From Candidatus Kryptoniota bacterium (GTDB taxonomy: Bacteria > Bacteroidota > Ignavibacteria > Kryptoniales > JAKASW01): a DNA stretch of 64,000 bases. This document shows, piece by piece, positions 29,352 to 39,152 of the stretch. The notes beneath the pieces were generated by a model. The model was not told the origin of the DNA, did no database searches, and saw nothing but the letters and a program-made list of their open reading frames with translations. The DNA lies in the NCBI GenBank assembly GCA_036567965.1, contig DATCTN010000010.1, positions 22,510 through 86,509 of the forward strand, in the 5' to 3' direction. The position numbers and the translations under genes were made by a program. Positions within the stretch are counted from its first letter, which is position 1; each line of letters opens with the position of its first letter.

Positions 29352-29650
29352 CCCTGAAATTTAGGTGAATTGGGCGTGATTTCCAGTGCGTAAACGGGCC
29401 ACACCTGGCATATGTTCGTTTATTATGGATTTGTTCTTTATTCTCCGATTTATTATCATAACTCAAACGGTGGAAGATGAGATCAGTCGGAGAAGTTGGA
29501 TTCGAGGAAGGAAGCAGTACGAGCAAGGTCGTATCACACACGGGCCAGACTGATGACTGTTGGATCTCAACCCGTTGATACCTTGAAGACTCGTGCGTAG
29601 CACAGCATGGGACGGGTAATTTCAAATCCAATAACTTTTTAGGAGTAAAG

Positions 29651-29971
29651 ATGAACATTTATGTAGGCAACATCTCGAGAGAACTGAGCGAGGATGAGTT
29701 GCGCGAGGCCTTCGCTGCGTTTGGTCAGGTTTCGACAGTCAACATCATCAAAGACAAGTTCACCGGCGAGTATCGCGGATTCGCTTTTGTCGAAATGCCG
29801 GTGAAGGAAGAGGCCCAGGCGGCGATCAACGGATTGAACGGAAAGGATTTGAAAGGAAGAGCTCTCAACGTCAATGAAGCCCGTCCTCGTACTGACGACC
29901 GAAGAGGCGGCGGCGGCGGCGGTCGCGGGGGTCCGAGGAGAAACGACGGCGGCGGACGCCGTAGATTCTAA
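29651..29971 (+). CDS. RRM-type RNA-binding protein with an RGG-rich tail
   Basis: 106 aa. RNP2 is IYVGNI and RNP1 is RGFAFVEM. The tail is RRGGGGGGRGGPRRNDGGGRRRF. Confidence 0.92.
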   Translation: MNIYVGNISRELSEDELREAFAAFGQVSTVNIIKDKFTGEYRGFAFVEMPVKEEAQAAINGLNGKDLKGRALNVNEARPRTDDRRGGGGGGRGGPRRNDGGGRRRF

Positions 29972-30038
29972 ATTCAATTTGTGGAGTGTTGTTTCTGCGC
30001 GGCCCGCTGGAGCAACACTTCACTGACTTTTCTTCTTG

Positions 30039-30060
30039 AACCGAACTCTGAGTTCGGTTT
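30039..30060 (+). terminator. Candidate terminator hairpin downstream of the RRM gene
   Basis: AACCGAACT-ctg-AGTTCGGTT is a perfect 9-bp stem followed by tttctg. The U-tract is weak and other hairpins lie nearby. Confidence 0.45.
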
Positions 30061-30229
30061 CTGAAAGGCGCTTCGTAACAGGTAGATCGACGGAAAATTT
30101 AGGTGTTAGTTCAAAGTCGTCGGGTCTACCCAAAAAAATCTGTTGCTGAGGGATGAGTGTTCCACCTCATCCCGGTTGTTTCACCTTATCTTGCATATTT
30201 TTCCCGGCACACCTATTTTTTCTCATACA

Positions 30230-31258
30230 ATGGATCAGACTTCTAATCGCAAAGCAAATCATGTCGATATAGTCCTCAATCAGCAGGTTGATTATCAGAA
30301 ATCCACAGGGTTTGAGAAATTCGAATTTGTCCATAACGCCCTTCCAGAAATAGACTTTGATTCCATCGACACGGGATTGAAATTTTTCTCTCATAAGTTT
30401 TCCGCGCCCATTATGGTTTCTTCCATGACCGGCGGATTCAAGCGGGCGGAACAGATCAACGAAACGATCGCGGAATTCTGTAAGCAGAAAAATATCGGGA
30501 TGGGGGTCGGAAGCCAGCGGCAGGCTTTGTCGAATAGCGACTACCTGGAGTCTTTTAAGATCGTAAGGCGGACCGCCGACAAGATTTTCGTGATGGCAAA
30601 TATCGGAGCGGCTCAGATAACGGACGGTTCTGCGATGAGCGTGGCCTCGAGAATTATCGAAATGGTTGAGGCAAACGCGCTGGCAATTCACCTCAACGCT
30701 CTCCAGGAAATGATTCAACCAGAAGGCGACAGAAATTTCAAGGGCGTGCTGAGAGGGATTGCGCAGCTTGTCAGGAAACTGAAGATCCCGGTCATAGTGA
30801 AGGAAACCGGAGCAGGTATCGGCGCGGCTCCCGCGAAGAGACTGATTGATGCCGGTGTTTCGGCCATCGATGTTTCCGGTTCCGGCGGAACCAGCTGGGC
30901 TGCAATCGAAACTCTCCGGCGCGAAGAAGAAGGATTGGGCAGGAAATTCTGGAACTGGGGAATACCGACAGCAGATGCACTGGTCGGGGTAAATGCACTC
31001 CCCGGGAGAAAGAAGATTAAGCTGATTTCCTCCGGGGGAATACGTGACGGGATCGATGTCGCCAAATCGATTGCGCTTGGCGCAGACTTGTGCTCCGCGG
31101 CGCAACCATTCCTGAAAGCCCTGGACAGAAGTGGTGTCGACGGACTGACTAAAGAATTCGACCGCTGGGTCGACGAATTGAAAGGTGTAATGTTCCTTAC
31201 CGGTTGTAGCAGCATTGACAGGTTGAAGAAAGCGAAAATCGTGAAGGTCATGGCTTGA
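30230..31258 (+). CDS. fni: Type 2 (FMN-dependent) isopentenyl-diphosphate delta-isomerase
   Basis: The likely start is MDQTSNRKANHVDI at ATG 30230; the ORF-track start at 30143 adds a non-conserved leader. Motifs SSMTGG, KETGAG and SGSGGTSWA. Confidence 0.9.
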   Translation: MDQTSNRKANHVDIVLNQQVDYQKSTGFEKFEFVHNALPEIDFDSIDTGLKFFSHKFSAPIMVSSMTGGFKRAEQINETIAEFCKQKNIGMGVGSQRQALSNSDYLESFKIVRRTADKIFVMANIGAAQITDGSAMSVASRIIEMVEANALAIHLNALQEMIQPEGDRNFKGVLRGIAQLVRKLKIPVIVKETGAGIGAAPAKRLIDAGVSAIDVSGSGGTSWAAIETLRREEEGLGRKFWNWGIPTADALVGVNALPGRKKIKLISSGGIRDGIDVAKSIALGADLCSAAQPFLKALDRSGVDGLTKEFDRWVDELKGVMFLTGCSSIDRLKKAKIVKVMA

Positions 31259-32235
31259 AAGATTTCACGTCGTATTCTGAAAAGCACAGGATAACAATTG
31301 AGCGTGAACTTGAACGCTCACTTGAACTTGTCCCCGATTCTCCATTGAAGGACAAGATCGCGTATGTCATCTCCATGGGAGGAAAGAGAGTAAGACCGCT
31401 TGTGACGGTCTTTGCTGCCGAGGCTGTCGGAGAGGCAAACGATGATGTCCTGCGCGGGGCGGCGGCAATCGAGATTCTGCACAACTTCACCCTCGTCCAT
31501 GACGATATCATGGACAATGCTGACACGCGGCGGGGAAAGGAGACGGTCCACGTCAAAAACGGCGTCAACACGGCCATTTTGGTCGGCGACCTGATGATGG
31601 CTCTCGCATATGATTGTCTGGAGAAGTGCGGTGAGAAGAATCTGAGAGAGGCCTTAAAGATATTCAACCTGAGCGTGAAGAGAGTGTGCGACGGCCAGGC
31701 ACTCGATGAGCACCTGAGCAAGTGTACGGATACATCTCTTTCTCATTATCTTAACATGATAGCGAAGAAGACCGGTGCACTTCTTACTGCGGCTGGCGGA
31801 CTGGGCGCGCTACTCGGCGGCGGAACTCCAAACCACGTCCGGCTCCTCAGCGATTACGGACTAAATATCGGGATCGCGTTCCAGATTCTCGACGACGTAC
31901 TCGATCTGGAAGGCGATACGGAGCGATTCGGAAAACCGAGAGGCCTCGATATTATCGAGAAGAAAAAGAGTTTCATGTTCCTCAAGGCGCAGCAGATCAT
32001 GGACGACAACGTCTTTGAAATAGTAAATGTCGCGTACAGAAAACCGGTTGTAGCGGAAAAGGATATCGTGTCCGTCAGGGAAGCATATCGCTCTGCCGGG
32101 GTATTTGACGCTGCCATGCGCGAGGTGGAAAATTATACCGGCCGGGCACTGGAAACACTGAACACATTAAGGAAGTCCGAGGGAAAGGACGCACTTGTTG
32201 AACTCGCAAACTCGCTGGTGCAGAGAAAATTTTGA
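31255..32235 (+). CDS. Polyprenyl diphosphate synthase (FPP/GGPP synthase family)
   Basis: 326 aa. First DDxxD is LVHDDIMD and the second is QILDDVLD. 4-nt overlap with fni. Confidence 0.9.
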   Translation: MKDFTSYSEKHRITIERELERSLELVPDSPLKDKIAYVISMGGKRVRPLVTVFAAEAVGEANDDVLRGAAAIEILHNFTLVHDDIMDNADTRRGKETVHVKNGVNTAILVGDLMMALAYDCLEKCGEKNLREALKIFNLSVKRVCDGQALDEHLSKCTDTSLSHYLNMIAKKTGALLTAAGGLGALLGGGTPNHVRLLSDYGLNIGIAFQILDDVLDLEGDTERFGKPRGLDIIEKKKSFMFLKAQQIMDDNVFEIVNVAYRKPVVAEKDIVSVREAYRSAGVFDAAMREVENYTGRALETLNTLRKSEGKDALVELANSLVQRKF

Positions 32236-32501
32236 TGGTTCAACAGGAAGTGGTCGTGAAAAATCGACTCGGGCTCCATACGCGCCCAGCGGCGACGCTC
32301 GTCAAAATGGCCGCGAAGTTTAAGTCGGAGTTCTTCCTCGAACGGGAGGGATATCGTGTGAATGGGAAGAGTATTATCGGCGTGATGACGCTGGCTGCGG
32401 AGCAGGGAGCCAGGATACTTCTCATTTTTGACGGTGAAGACGAAAGAGAGGCGCTCGCAACACTCGTGGAATTCTTCGACAAAGGCTTCGATGAGCCCTG
32501 A
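32232..32501 (+). CDS. ptsH: HPr phosphocarrier protein
   Basis: 89 aa. GLHTRPA holds the His15 site and NGKSIIGVM the Ser46 context. Confidence 0.9.
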   Translation: MMVQQEVVVKNRLGLHTRPAATLVKMAAKFKSEFFLEREGYRVNGKSIIGVMTLAAEQGARILLIFDGEDEREALATLVEFFDKGFDEP

Positions 32502-34290
32502 CCCGATCAACAACATAAACCGGACTGACGAACTAGTCCTGCGCGGTATTCCCGCCTCTCCGGGGATCGCAATCGGGAAAGTTGTCGTGCTGAAGAAGGA
32601 CGGAGTCATTGTTCAGGAAAAAACAATCGAGGACCCCGCATCGGAGCTCGACAGGCTTCAGAAGTCGATAGAGCGGTCGAAGAACGAGCTGGAAAAAGTC
32701 TATAAGACCGCTTTCGAGAAGGTGGGCGGGGAGAAGGCGATGATCTTTGAGGCTCAGCTCTTGATGATTTCCGATCCGATTTTTGTCGAAGGCATCAAGA
32801 AAAGGATCACGAAAGAAAAAAAGAATTCGGAATATATTGTCGCCCAGGAATTTGCGAAACAGATCGCGCACCTCAAGAAAAGCAACAGCGAAGTCTTCAA
32901 GCAGCGTGCTCTCGAAATAGAGGATATCAAGAACAGGATACTCAGGAACCTCGTCGAGGCCAAACTGCGGTCGAGGTTTGAAGGGACTCCGATTGTCGTC
33001 ACGACCGAGTTGACCCCTGCTGACACGGTTCTTCTTAGCAGGAATGCAGTCATCGGTTATGTGAGCGACTTCGGCGGGGCGAGGTCGCATGCGTCCATTC
33101 TTTCCAGGTCTCTCGGGATCCCCGCCGTTGTAGGATTGAAGGAAGCAACGAAACACGTGTGCGACGGGATGGATATGGTGATAGACGGCTACCGCGGCGT
33201 CATAGTAGTTAATCCGCAGGAAGGCACCGTCAGGAAATATTCCGAAAGAAAAGAGTGGTGCGAGAGGCTCGACAGCGATCTGCTTTCAGAAGTTGCCGAA
33301 CCGGCGAGGACCACCGACGGACGACGGGTTCTTATCGAGGCCAATGTAGAGCTCCTCCAGGAAATCCCGCTTCTGAAGCCGCATGGAGCGGAGGGGATCG
33401 GTCTGTTCCGAACCGAACCGCTCATCCTCGATTCCGATTCGATTCCGGACGAAGAGGCGCAATTTGAGATTTTCAAAGAGGCGGTTGAAGGGATTAAACC
33501 GAACCCGGTCGTGTTCAGGACATACGACATCGGGGGCGACAAAATGTTCGTAGGCGATCACGCGGAGTCCAACCCTTTCCTCGGATGGAGGGGGATAAGG
33601 ATGATGCTGGACCGACCGGATCTTTTCAAAGATCAGTTCAGAGCGATCCTCCGTGCTAGCGCCTATGGCAAATGCAAGATAATGTATCCGATGGTCGCGA
33701 CCGTTGAAGAGGTCGCGAGAGCAAACGTACTCCTCGAGGAGTCAAAAAAATCCCTCGATTCCGAAGGAATAAAGTACGACAAGAATATAGAAGTAGGGGT
33801 GATGATCGAAATCCCCTCGGCCGCTATTATCAGCAGGGAACTTGCCGAACACGTAAAGTTTCTCAGTATCGGGACAAACGATCTAACACAATACCTTCTG
33901 GCAGTTGATCGCACGAATGATCTTGTCTCGAATGTTTATGAAGAGTTTCATCCGGCGGTATTGAGGACAATAAAACAGGTCATCGATTCCGGTCATGATG
34001 CCGGAGTGAAGGTGGCGATGTGCGGAGAAATGGCCGGCAACCCGCTCGCGACTGTAATGCTCCTCGGAATGGGCCTTGACGAGTTCAGTGCCGTCAGCGC
34101 CATCCTTCCAGTCCTCAGGAAAATTGTAAGAAGCACGAATTACAAAACTGCGAGAAAATTCGCCAGGCAAATTGTGAAGATAGATTCCGTCAATGAGATA
34201 AAAAAGAGTCTGCACGAATACCTGCGGACTTATTTTGAACGAATTTACTACGCAACTATAAGCGAGGAATATATTGATCACCACCTCTGA
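32491..34290 (+). CDS. ptsI: Phosphoenolpyruvate-protein phosphotransferase (PTS Enzyme I)
   Basis: ATG 32491 overlaps the ptsH end. Motifs GIPASPGIAIGK, the phospho-His region GGARSHASILSRSLGIPAVVG, and SIGTNDLTQY. Confidence 0.92.
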   Translation: MSPDPINNINRTDELVLRGIPASPGIAIGKVVVLKKDGVIVQEKTIEDPASELDRLQKSIERSKNELEKVYKTAFEKVGGEKAMIFEAQLLMISDPIFVEGIKKRITKEKKNSEYIVAQEFAKQIAHLKKSNSEVFKQRALEIEDIKNRILRNLVEAKLRSRFEGTPIVVTTELTPADTVLLSRNAVIGYVSDFGGARSHASILSRSLGIPAVVGLKEATKHVCDGMDMVIDGYRGVIVVNPQEGTVRKYSERKEWCERLDSDLLSEVAEPARTTDGRRVLIEANVELLQEIPLLKPHGAEGIGLFRTEPLILDSDSIPDEEAQFEIFKEAVEGIKPNPVVFRTYDIGGDKMFVGDHAESNPFLGWRGIRMMLDRPDLFKDQFRAILRASAYGKCKIMYPMVATVEEVARANVLLEESKKSLDSEGIKYDKNIEVGVMIEIPSAAIISRELAEHVKFLSIGTNDLTQYLLAVDRTNDLVSNVYEEFHPAVLRTIKQVIDSGHDAGVKVAMCGEMAGNPLATVMLLGMGLDEFSAVSAILPVLRKIVRSTNYKTARKFARQIVKIDSVNEIKKSLHEYLRTYFERIYYATISEEYIDHHL

Positions 34291-35326
34291 TATTGAAAGA
34301 GTCGACAACTCGAAAATGTACTCGCTGATAAAATCTTTCCCGGATCAAGCGGCCGAGGCAGTAAGTATCGCTAAGAAGGCGAAATTGAAAACAACAACCT
34401 CGAGAGTCAGAAATGTGGTGATAACGGGACTTGGAGGATCAGCCATAGGCGGAGATATTTTGAGAAGCTACGCCGCCGGACAAGTGAAGATACCCATCCA
34501 GGTCAACCGCGGCTACGATCTTCCGCAATTTGTCGACAGGAATTCGCTCGTTGTGGTGTCGAGCTACTCCGGCGGTACCGAGGAAACCATTTCGGCTTAT
34601 TCGAATGCCAGAAAGAAAGGCGCTCAAATTATTGTCATTTCCTCCGGCGGAAAGATCGGAGAGAGTGCGGCCAAATTGAAACATGACTGGATAAAGATAC
34701 CCGGTGGGCTCCCTCCGCGCGCTGCGCTCGGTTATTCGTTCTTCACGCTGTTCATCGAGTTTCAGAAAATAGGAATTCTGAAGTCGAAACCTGCAGAGAC
34801 AAAGGAGGTTATCGATCTCTTAGGAAAGCTCAGCGCGGAATATTCGGATTATGAGAGAAGTCCGCTCCCGCTACAGCTTGCAGAAAAAATAGGGGAGTCT
34901 CTTCCGATTGTCTATTCTGCGGCCGACAGATTTGACGCTGTCAATCTCAGGTGGAGAGGACAGATTTCGGAAAACGCCAAGACAGTTGCGTATGGAAACC
35001 TCTTCCCGGAAATGAACCACAATGAAATCGTCGGCTATTCGACTCTGCCCGATCTGCTCAAGCGATTTTTCGTTATTTACCTGAAGGACAGGGATGATCA
35101 TCCGCGCGTGAAAGCGCGATTCGATTTCGTGAAGGAGATAATCAGACCTTATGCTGCCGATGTTATCGAAGTTGAATCTCAGGGAAAAAGTCTTCTCGCG
35201 AGAATCTTCAGCTTGATACATTTGGGAGATTGGACGAGTTTCTACCTGGCGGTGAAGAAGGGCGTAGATCCTACTCCAGTAAGAAACATCGATACACTCA
35301 AAAGACGGTTGAGTGAATTACACTAA
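34274..35326 (+). CDS. Bifunctional phosphoglucose/phosphomannose isomerase (SIS domain)
   Basis: 350 aa, TTG start overlapping the ptsI end. Motifs GLGGSAIGGDIL, SYSGGTEET and ...NHNEIVG. Confidence 0.85.
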   Translation: MITTSDIERVDNSKMYSLIKSFPDQAAEAVSIAKKAKLKTTTSRVRNVVITGLGGSAIGGDILRSYAAGQVKIPIQVNRGYDLPQFVDRNSLVVVSSYSGGTEETISAYSNARKKGAQIIVISSGGKIGESAAKLKHDWIKIPGGLPPRAALGYSFFTLFIEFQKIGILKSKPAETKEVIDLLGKLSAEYSDYERSPLPLQLAEKIGESLPIVYSAADRFDAVNLRWRGQISENAKTVAYGNLFPEMNHNEIVGYSTLPDLLKRFFVIYLKDRDDHPRVKARFDFVKEIIRPYAADVIEVESQGKSLLARIFSLIHLGDWTSFYLAVKKGVDPTPVRNIDTLKRRLSELH

Positions 35327-35439
35327 CGACTTGAGCTGACAACCTAACTTCAGTCAGGCAGGGTGCTCTCCCACTGAATTGCCCTTCGCATGAACCCGGT
35401 ATTGCGAATGACTTTCGGTTTCCCCAACTTACGGATGCC

Positions 35440-38256
35440 TTGAAAAAAATACTCCCGTTCTGCCTCGTCCTCCTCCTCCCGTCCATCGGTCTCCCGCAGT
35501 TTTATTACTTCGGCGAGAATAAAGTTCAGTACACAGATTTTCGATGGCAGACGCTGCGGACTCCGCATTTCGAAATATATTTTTATCCTGAGATGACCGA
35601 GCTCGCGAACAAGAGCGCGGAAATAGCGGAAGAGGGATACATATATCTTGAGAACAAGTTCGATATCAATATCACATCCCGCATTCCACTTATTCTCTAC
35701 TCCTCCCACCTCTACTTCGAACAAACAAATACAATTCCTGGATTCATACCCGAAGGGGTCGGAGGATTCTTTGAGTACATGAAAGGGCGTGTGGTAATCC
35801 CATACGAGGGATCGCTCTTTCAATTGAAGCATGTCATCCGTCATGAGCTCATTCACGTATTCACGGCTGCCAAGATTTACAGGGTGCTGCACGATCATCG
35901 CATCCCGACCGACCGGGACGTCCCGCTCTGGTTCTCCGAAGGTCTCGCCGAGTTCTGGTCAACGAACTGGGACGACCAGGCGGAGATGGTGATGCGCGAC
36001 GCGGTGCTCAGCGGATACCTGGTTCCATTGTCACGAATGGAAGATATCTACGGAACGTTTCTGATGTACAAAGAGGGGCAAAACATTCTGAAATATATTT
36101 CAGAAAATTACGGCGACGACAAGATTCTCATGTTGATGGAAAACTTCTGGAAGGCCTCAAGCTTTTCGGAAGACATGAAGATCACAATCGGGCTTAACTA
36201 CGCCGAATTTGACAAGAGTTGGATTTACGGCCTTCAAAAGAAATATTACCCGCTTCTCTCCACGCACGATCTTCCCTCCAGGGTAAGCCGTAATATTTTC
36301 TCGGAGGGTTTCAACGACTCACCGGTATTCTATAGGACACAAGACGGTCAAAGGCTCGTGTTCTATATTGGTAACCACGACGGTTACACAGACGTTTACC
36401 GCCAGCCGCTCGACAGCACCACGAAACCGGAAATTGTGATAAAAGGGGAGCGTACCACAGAGTTCGAGTCGTTCCAGCTCCCGTCCGATAGAATGGCCGT
36501 ATCACACAATGGGCTCCTGGCATTTGTTTCGAAGAGCGGGGAGACGGATGTCCTGCATCTATATGACATCGAAAATAATTCTATCGTCGCGGACAAGAGG
36601 CTCGAGAACATAGTACGAATCGGTTCGGTTTCGTTTTCCCCGAACGGCGACCGGATAGTCTTGTCCGGCGCGACGATAGCGGGCTTTTATAACCTGTATT
36701 CGTATGATCTTCAATCAGGACTTATAAGACAACTCACTCATGGTTACTACGACGACCGCGATCCTGCGTGGTCACCGGACGGAAACTGCGTCGTGTTCTC
36801 GTCAGACAGGACGATATTCGGCGCCGAGGGATACTATAATCTGTTTCTGATTGATCTGAAGGACGGTGAAATCCGTTATCTGACTAAAGGCCGGGAGTCC
36901 GATTACGCGCCGGCGTGGTCAGGCGACGGGAAGGAGATTGTCTACGTCGGAAACAGCGGAGGCGGTCAGAATATATTTGTAATGCCGGCCTTCGACTTGC
37001 TCGCGATCGACTCGACAGTGTCCTACAGGATCACGAATTTTGCGACGGCAGCTTTCAATCCGAATTTTGCGCAACAAGGCTCGACCGCGATTATCTTCTC
37101 AACATTTGAGAACTACAGCTTTCAGATAAGAATGATCGATAGCGTCGACGAGAAAGTCAGGAACGCGGAAGGAAGAGTCGTTTTTGCCACCGGGATTTAC
37201 GACACGTCGTGGAACGCGGCCGCGTACTCTCCTAACGGCGTAGTCCCGGCACAACCGTATGTGCCGAGGTACAGCATCGACATAGCTGAGAGTCAGATCT
37301 CAACCGATCCGGTCTTCGGCACTTCCGGCGGTGCGGCAATGGCACTCAGCGACATGCTGGGTAACGAGCAGTATTACTTCCTCCTCTTCAATACTGCCGA
37401 ATCCCAGGACGAGATTCTCAAAAGTTTCAACATCGCGGTTTCCAGAATATCTCTCGCGCAAAGAATGAATTACGCGTACGGCATCTTCAATTTTGCAGGA
37501 AGGGAGTACGACCTTACCGATCCCGATGTGTATTTTTATGAAAGATCATTCGGCGGGTATTTCTCATTGAGTTATCCTCTCTCGAGATTCGATCGGATCG
37601 AGGCGACCACCAGCCTTTCGAACACTTACAAGGAATTGTTTTACGGATTCGGCGAAAGGAATTCACTTCTGTTTTCGAATTCAGTGGCCTTCGTCGAAGA
37701 TAATTCTTTGTGGGGGCCGACGGGACCACTCGACGGCCATAGACTTCTGGGAAGTCTGGCGTATACCACCGACGTTGAATACGGCTCGGTAAATTATTTC
37801 ACTCTGATGCTTGATTACCGGCGGTACTTCAGGATCAGCGGGATGGTTGCATTTGCCACGCGGGAGGCAATTCTCTATAATCAGGGTCCACAGTCTCGCC
37901 GTTTTTTTATGGGCGGGAGCTGGGATCTTCGAGGATGGCCGCTGTGGGGAATAAGGGGTGAAAAAATCTGGATTGCCAGCCAGGAGCTGCGCTTTCCGCT
38001 TATCGATGAGCTCAACATCAAATTCCCGATCGGAGGAGTTCTGTTTACCTCCATACGCGGCGCAGCCTTCTTCGATGCAGGGGCAGCGTGGGACGATTCC
38101 TATGACGGAACACTCGGAGATTTCGGAGTGGGAATACGATTCAATCTCGGAGGTGTTCTCGTCCTGAGGTACGATATGGGAAAGCGAATAGAAAGTAATT
38201 TCCAGAAATTGCAGACAGGCCTGTTCTCGCAATTTTTCTTTGGATGGGATTTCTGA
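35440..38256 (+). CDS. Large outer-membrane protein: MA-type peptidase-like HExxH domain + PD40/TolB-like beta-propeller repeats + C-terminal Omp85 (bacterial surface antigen) barrel
   Basis: 938 aa, TTG start, signal peptide. HELIHV...WFSEGLAEFW is a gluzincin-like motif. PD40-like repeats are SFSPNGDRIV, DPAWSPDGNCVVFSSDR and YAPAWSGDGKEIVY. The C-terminus ELRFPL...GAAFFDAGAAWD...GVGIRFNL...LRYDMG is typical of Omp85 barrels. Confidence 0.8.
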   Translation: MKKILPFCLVLLLPSIGLPQFYYFGENKVQYTDFRWQTLRTPHFEIYFYPEMTELANKSAEIAEEGYIYLENKFDINITSRIPLILYSSHLYFEQTNTIPGFIPEGVGGFFEYMKGRVVIPYEGSLFQLKHVIRHELIHVFTAAKIYRVLHDHRIPTDRDVPLWFSEGLAEFWSTNWDDQAEMVMRDAVLSGYLVPLSRMEDIYGTFLMYKEGQNILKYISENYGDDKILMLMENFWKASSFSEDMKITIGLNYAEFDKSWIYGLQKKYYPLLSTHDLPSRVSRNIFSEGFNDSPVFYRTQDGQRLVFYIGNHDGYTDVYRQPLDSTTKPEIVIKGERTTEFESFQLPSDRMAVSHNGLLAFVSKSGETDVLHLYDIENNSIVADKRLENIVRIGSVSFSPNGDRIVLSGATIAGFYNLYSYDLQSGLIRQLTHGYYDDRDPAWSPDGNCVVFSSDRTIFGAEGYYNLFLIDLKDGEIRYLTKGRESDYAPAWSGDGKEIVYVGNSGGGQNIFVMPAFDLLAIDSTVSYRITNFATAAFNPNFAQQGSTAIIFSTFENYSFQIRMIDSVDEKVRNAEGRVVFATGIYDTSWNAAAYSPNGVVPAQPYVPRYSIDIAESQISTDPVFGTSGGAAMALSDMLGNEQYYFLLFNTAESQDEILKSFNIAVSRISLAQRMNYAYGIFNFAGREYDLTDPDVYFYERSFGGYFSLSYPLSRFDRIEATTSLSNTYKELFYGFGERNSLLFSNSVAFVEDNSLWGPTGPLDGHRLLGSLAYTTDVEYGSVNYFTLMLDYRRYFRISGMVAFATREAILYNQGPQSRRFFMGGSWDLRGWPLWGIRGEKIWIASQELRFPLIDELNIKFPIGGVLFTSIRGAAFFDAGAAWDDSYDGTLGDFGVGIRFNLGGVLVLRYDMGKRIESNFQKLQTGLFSQFFFGWDF

Positions 38257-38331
38257 CGGCGAACACGATCCTGTATTGGGTTCGAATTGGTAACCCTGAT
38301 AGGGCGCCTCAGGTAAAATCCTCTTGAGTAC

Positions 38332-38680
38332 TCATCAACAATGCATCCGCGGAGGTTTGCGGAAAGTTCTTCGCTTCACACGGAATAACTGACAAGACAT
38401 GGTTGTCACTCCAAGAAGTCATCTGAGCATTAGCTTGGTGACGAGGAGGAATATTCCAGAGCACTTTCAATCATACATTCGTGGATAGTTACACAAGATT
38501 CCTCACTTCGTTCCGAATGACAGTTAAAGCTTCTTTATTATTTCGAGGGGTCGGAAAGATACTGGCTTTGTGACAATGAAAAGACTTCTTCAATATTCAT
38601 CAATGATACATCCGCGGAGACCTATAGAAGGTTCCTTCGTCTTTCAAATGAAGACTCGGAGGAACTCGGAATGACAATCG
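38332..38680 (+). repeat. Three degenerate direct copies of an intergenic element with roughly 130-135 bp periodicity
   Basis: Copy heads are tcatcaacaatgcatccgcggag (38332), tcaatcatacattcgtggatag (38467) and tcatcaatgatacatccgcggag (38597). Each is followed 20-50 nt later by a ...ttc(c)tcgcttc...cggaat(n)gaca-type tail: cggaataactgacaag, ccgaatgacag and cggaatgacaatcg. Confidence 0.75.
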
Positions 38681-38792
38681 ATTTGTTTTCTGTTATACTT
38701 AAAGGAATACTGATGTGACTTTGCAGTACCACCCAAACGAAAATAGCGGCTCGATTGATCTCTGGACACAAACGGAAAAGGAGTGAAATCAA

Positions 38793-38984
38793 ATGGAAAA
38801 CGGCACATTGGAAATAGCTGCAAGCAATCTAACGGTCGCGTATTGTTTTGCTATCAATCGTCAAGCTGGGCCAGGCACAAACATAACGACGACAACCGAA
38901 CCTGAACTCAACCAGGAGAAAATCCTGCACATCTATCATGAGTTTCTAAAAAGACTCGAAGAGATGAAGATGGTTGACCGTTAA
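38793..38984 (+). CDS. Small hypothetical protein (63 aa)
   Basis: ATG is preceded by AAGGAG with a 9-nt spacing. No recognisable domain. It lies in an otherwise non-coding 900-bp stretch. Confidence 0.35.
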   Translation: MENGTLEIAASNLTVAYCFAINRQAGPGTNITTTTEPELNQEKILHIYHEFLKRLEEMKMVDR

Positions 38985-39152
38985 CCAGGGACAATTAAAC
39001 AGATCCACTCAAAGGCCAAGTAAGTCGACACTCCTCAGTTTGATTCTTGGTAAAGAGGCTCATAAATTTCAATCAGATGAATTCTGCAGGTCTGTCCCCC
39101 TCGGACGGACAAACTTCACGGAGAGTATTCAACGCTTCATCGCTGGCAAGGT

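Noticed and set aside
29490-29530. An SRP-RNA-like string, GAGGAAGGAAGCAG, in the surE/RRM intergenic region
   Set aside because: The flanking bases cannot form the conserved helix-8 closing pairs around a GGAA tetraloop (UCC-GGAA-GGA is required, and tcga-ggaa-gga is found). No convincing long hairpin with the symmetric-loop motifs is present, so this is probably a chance match.
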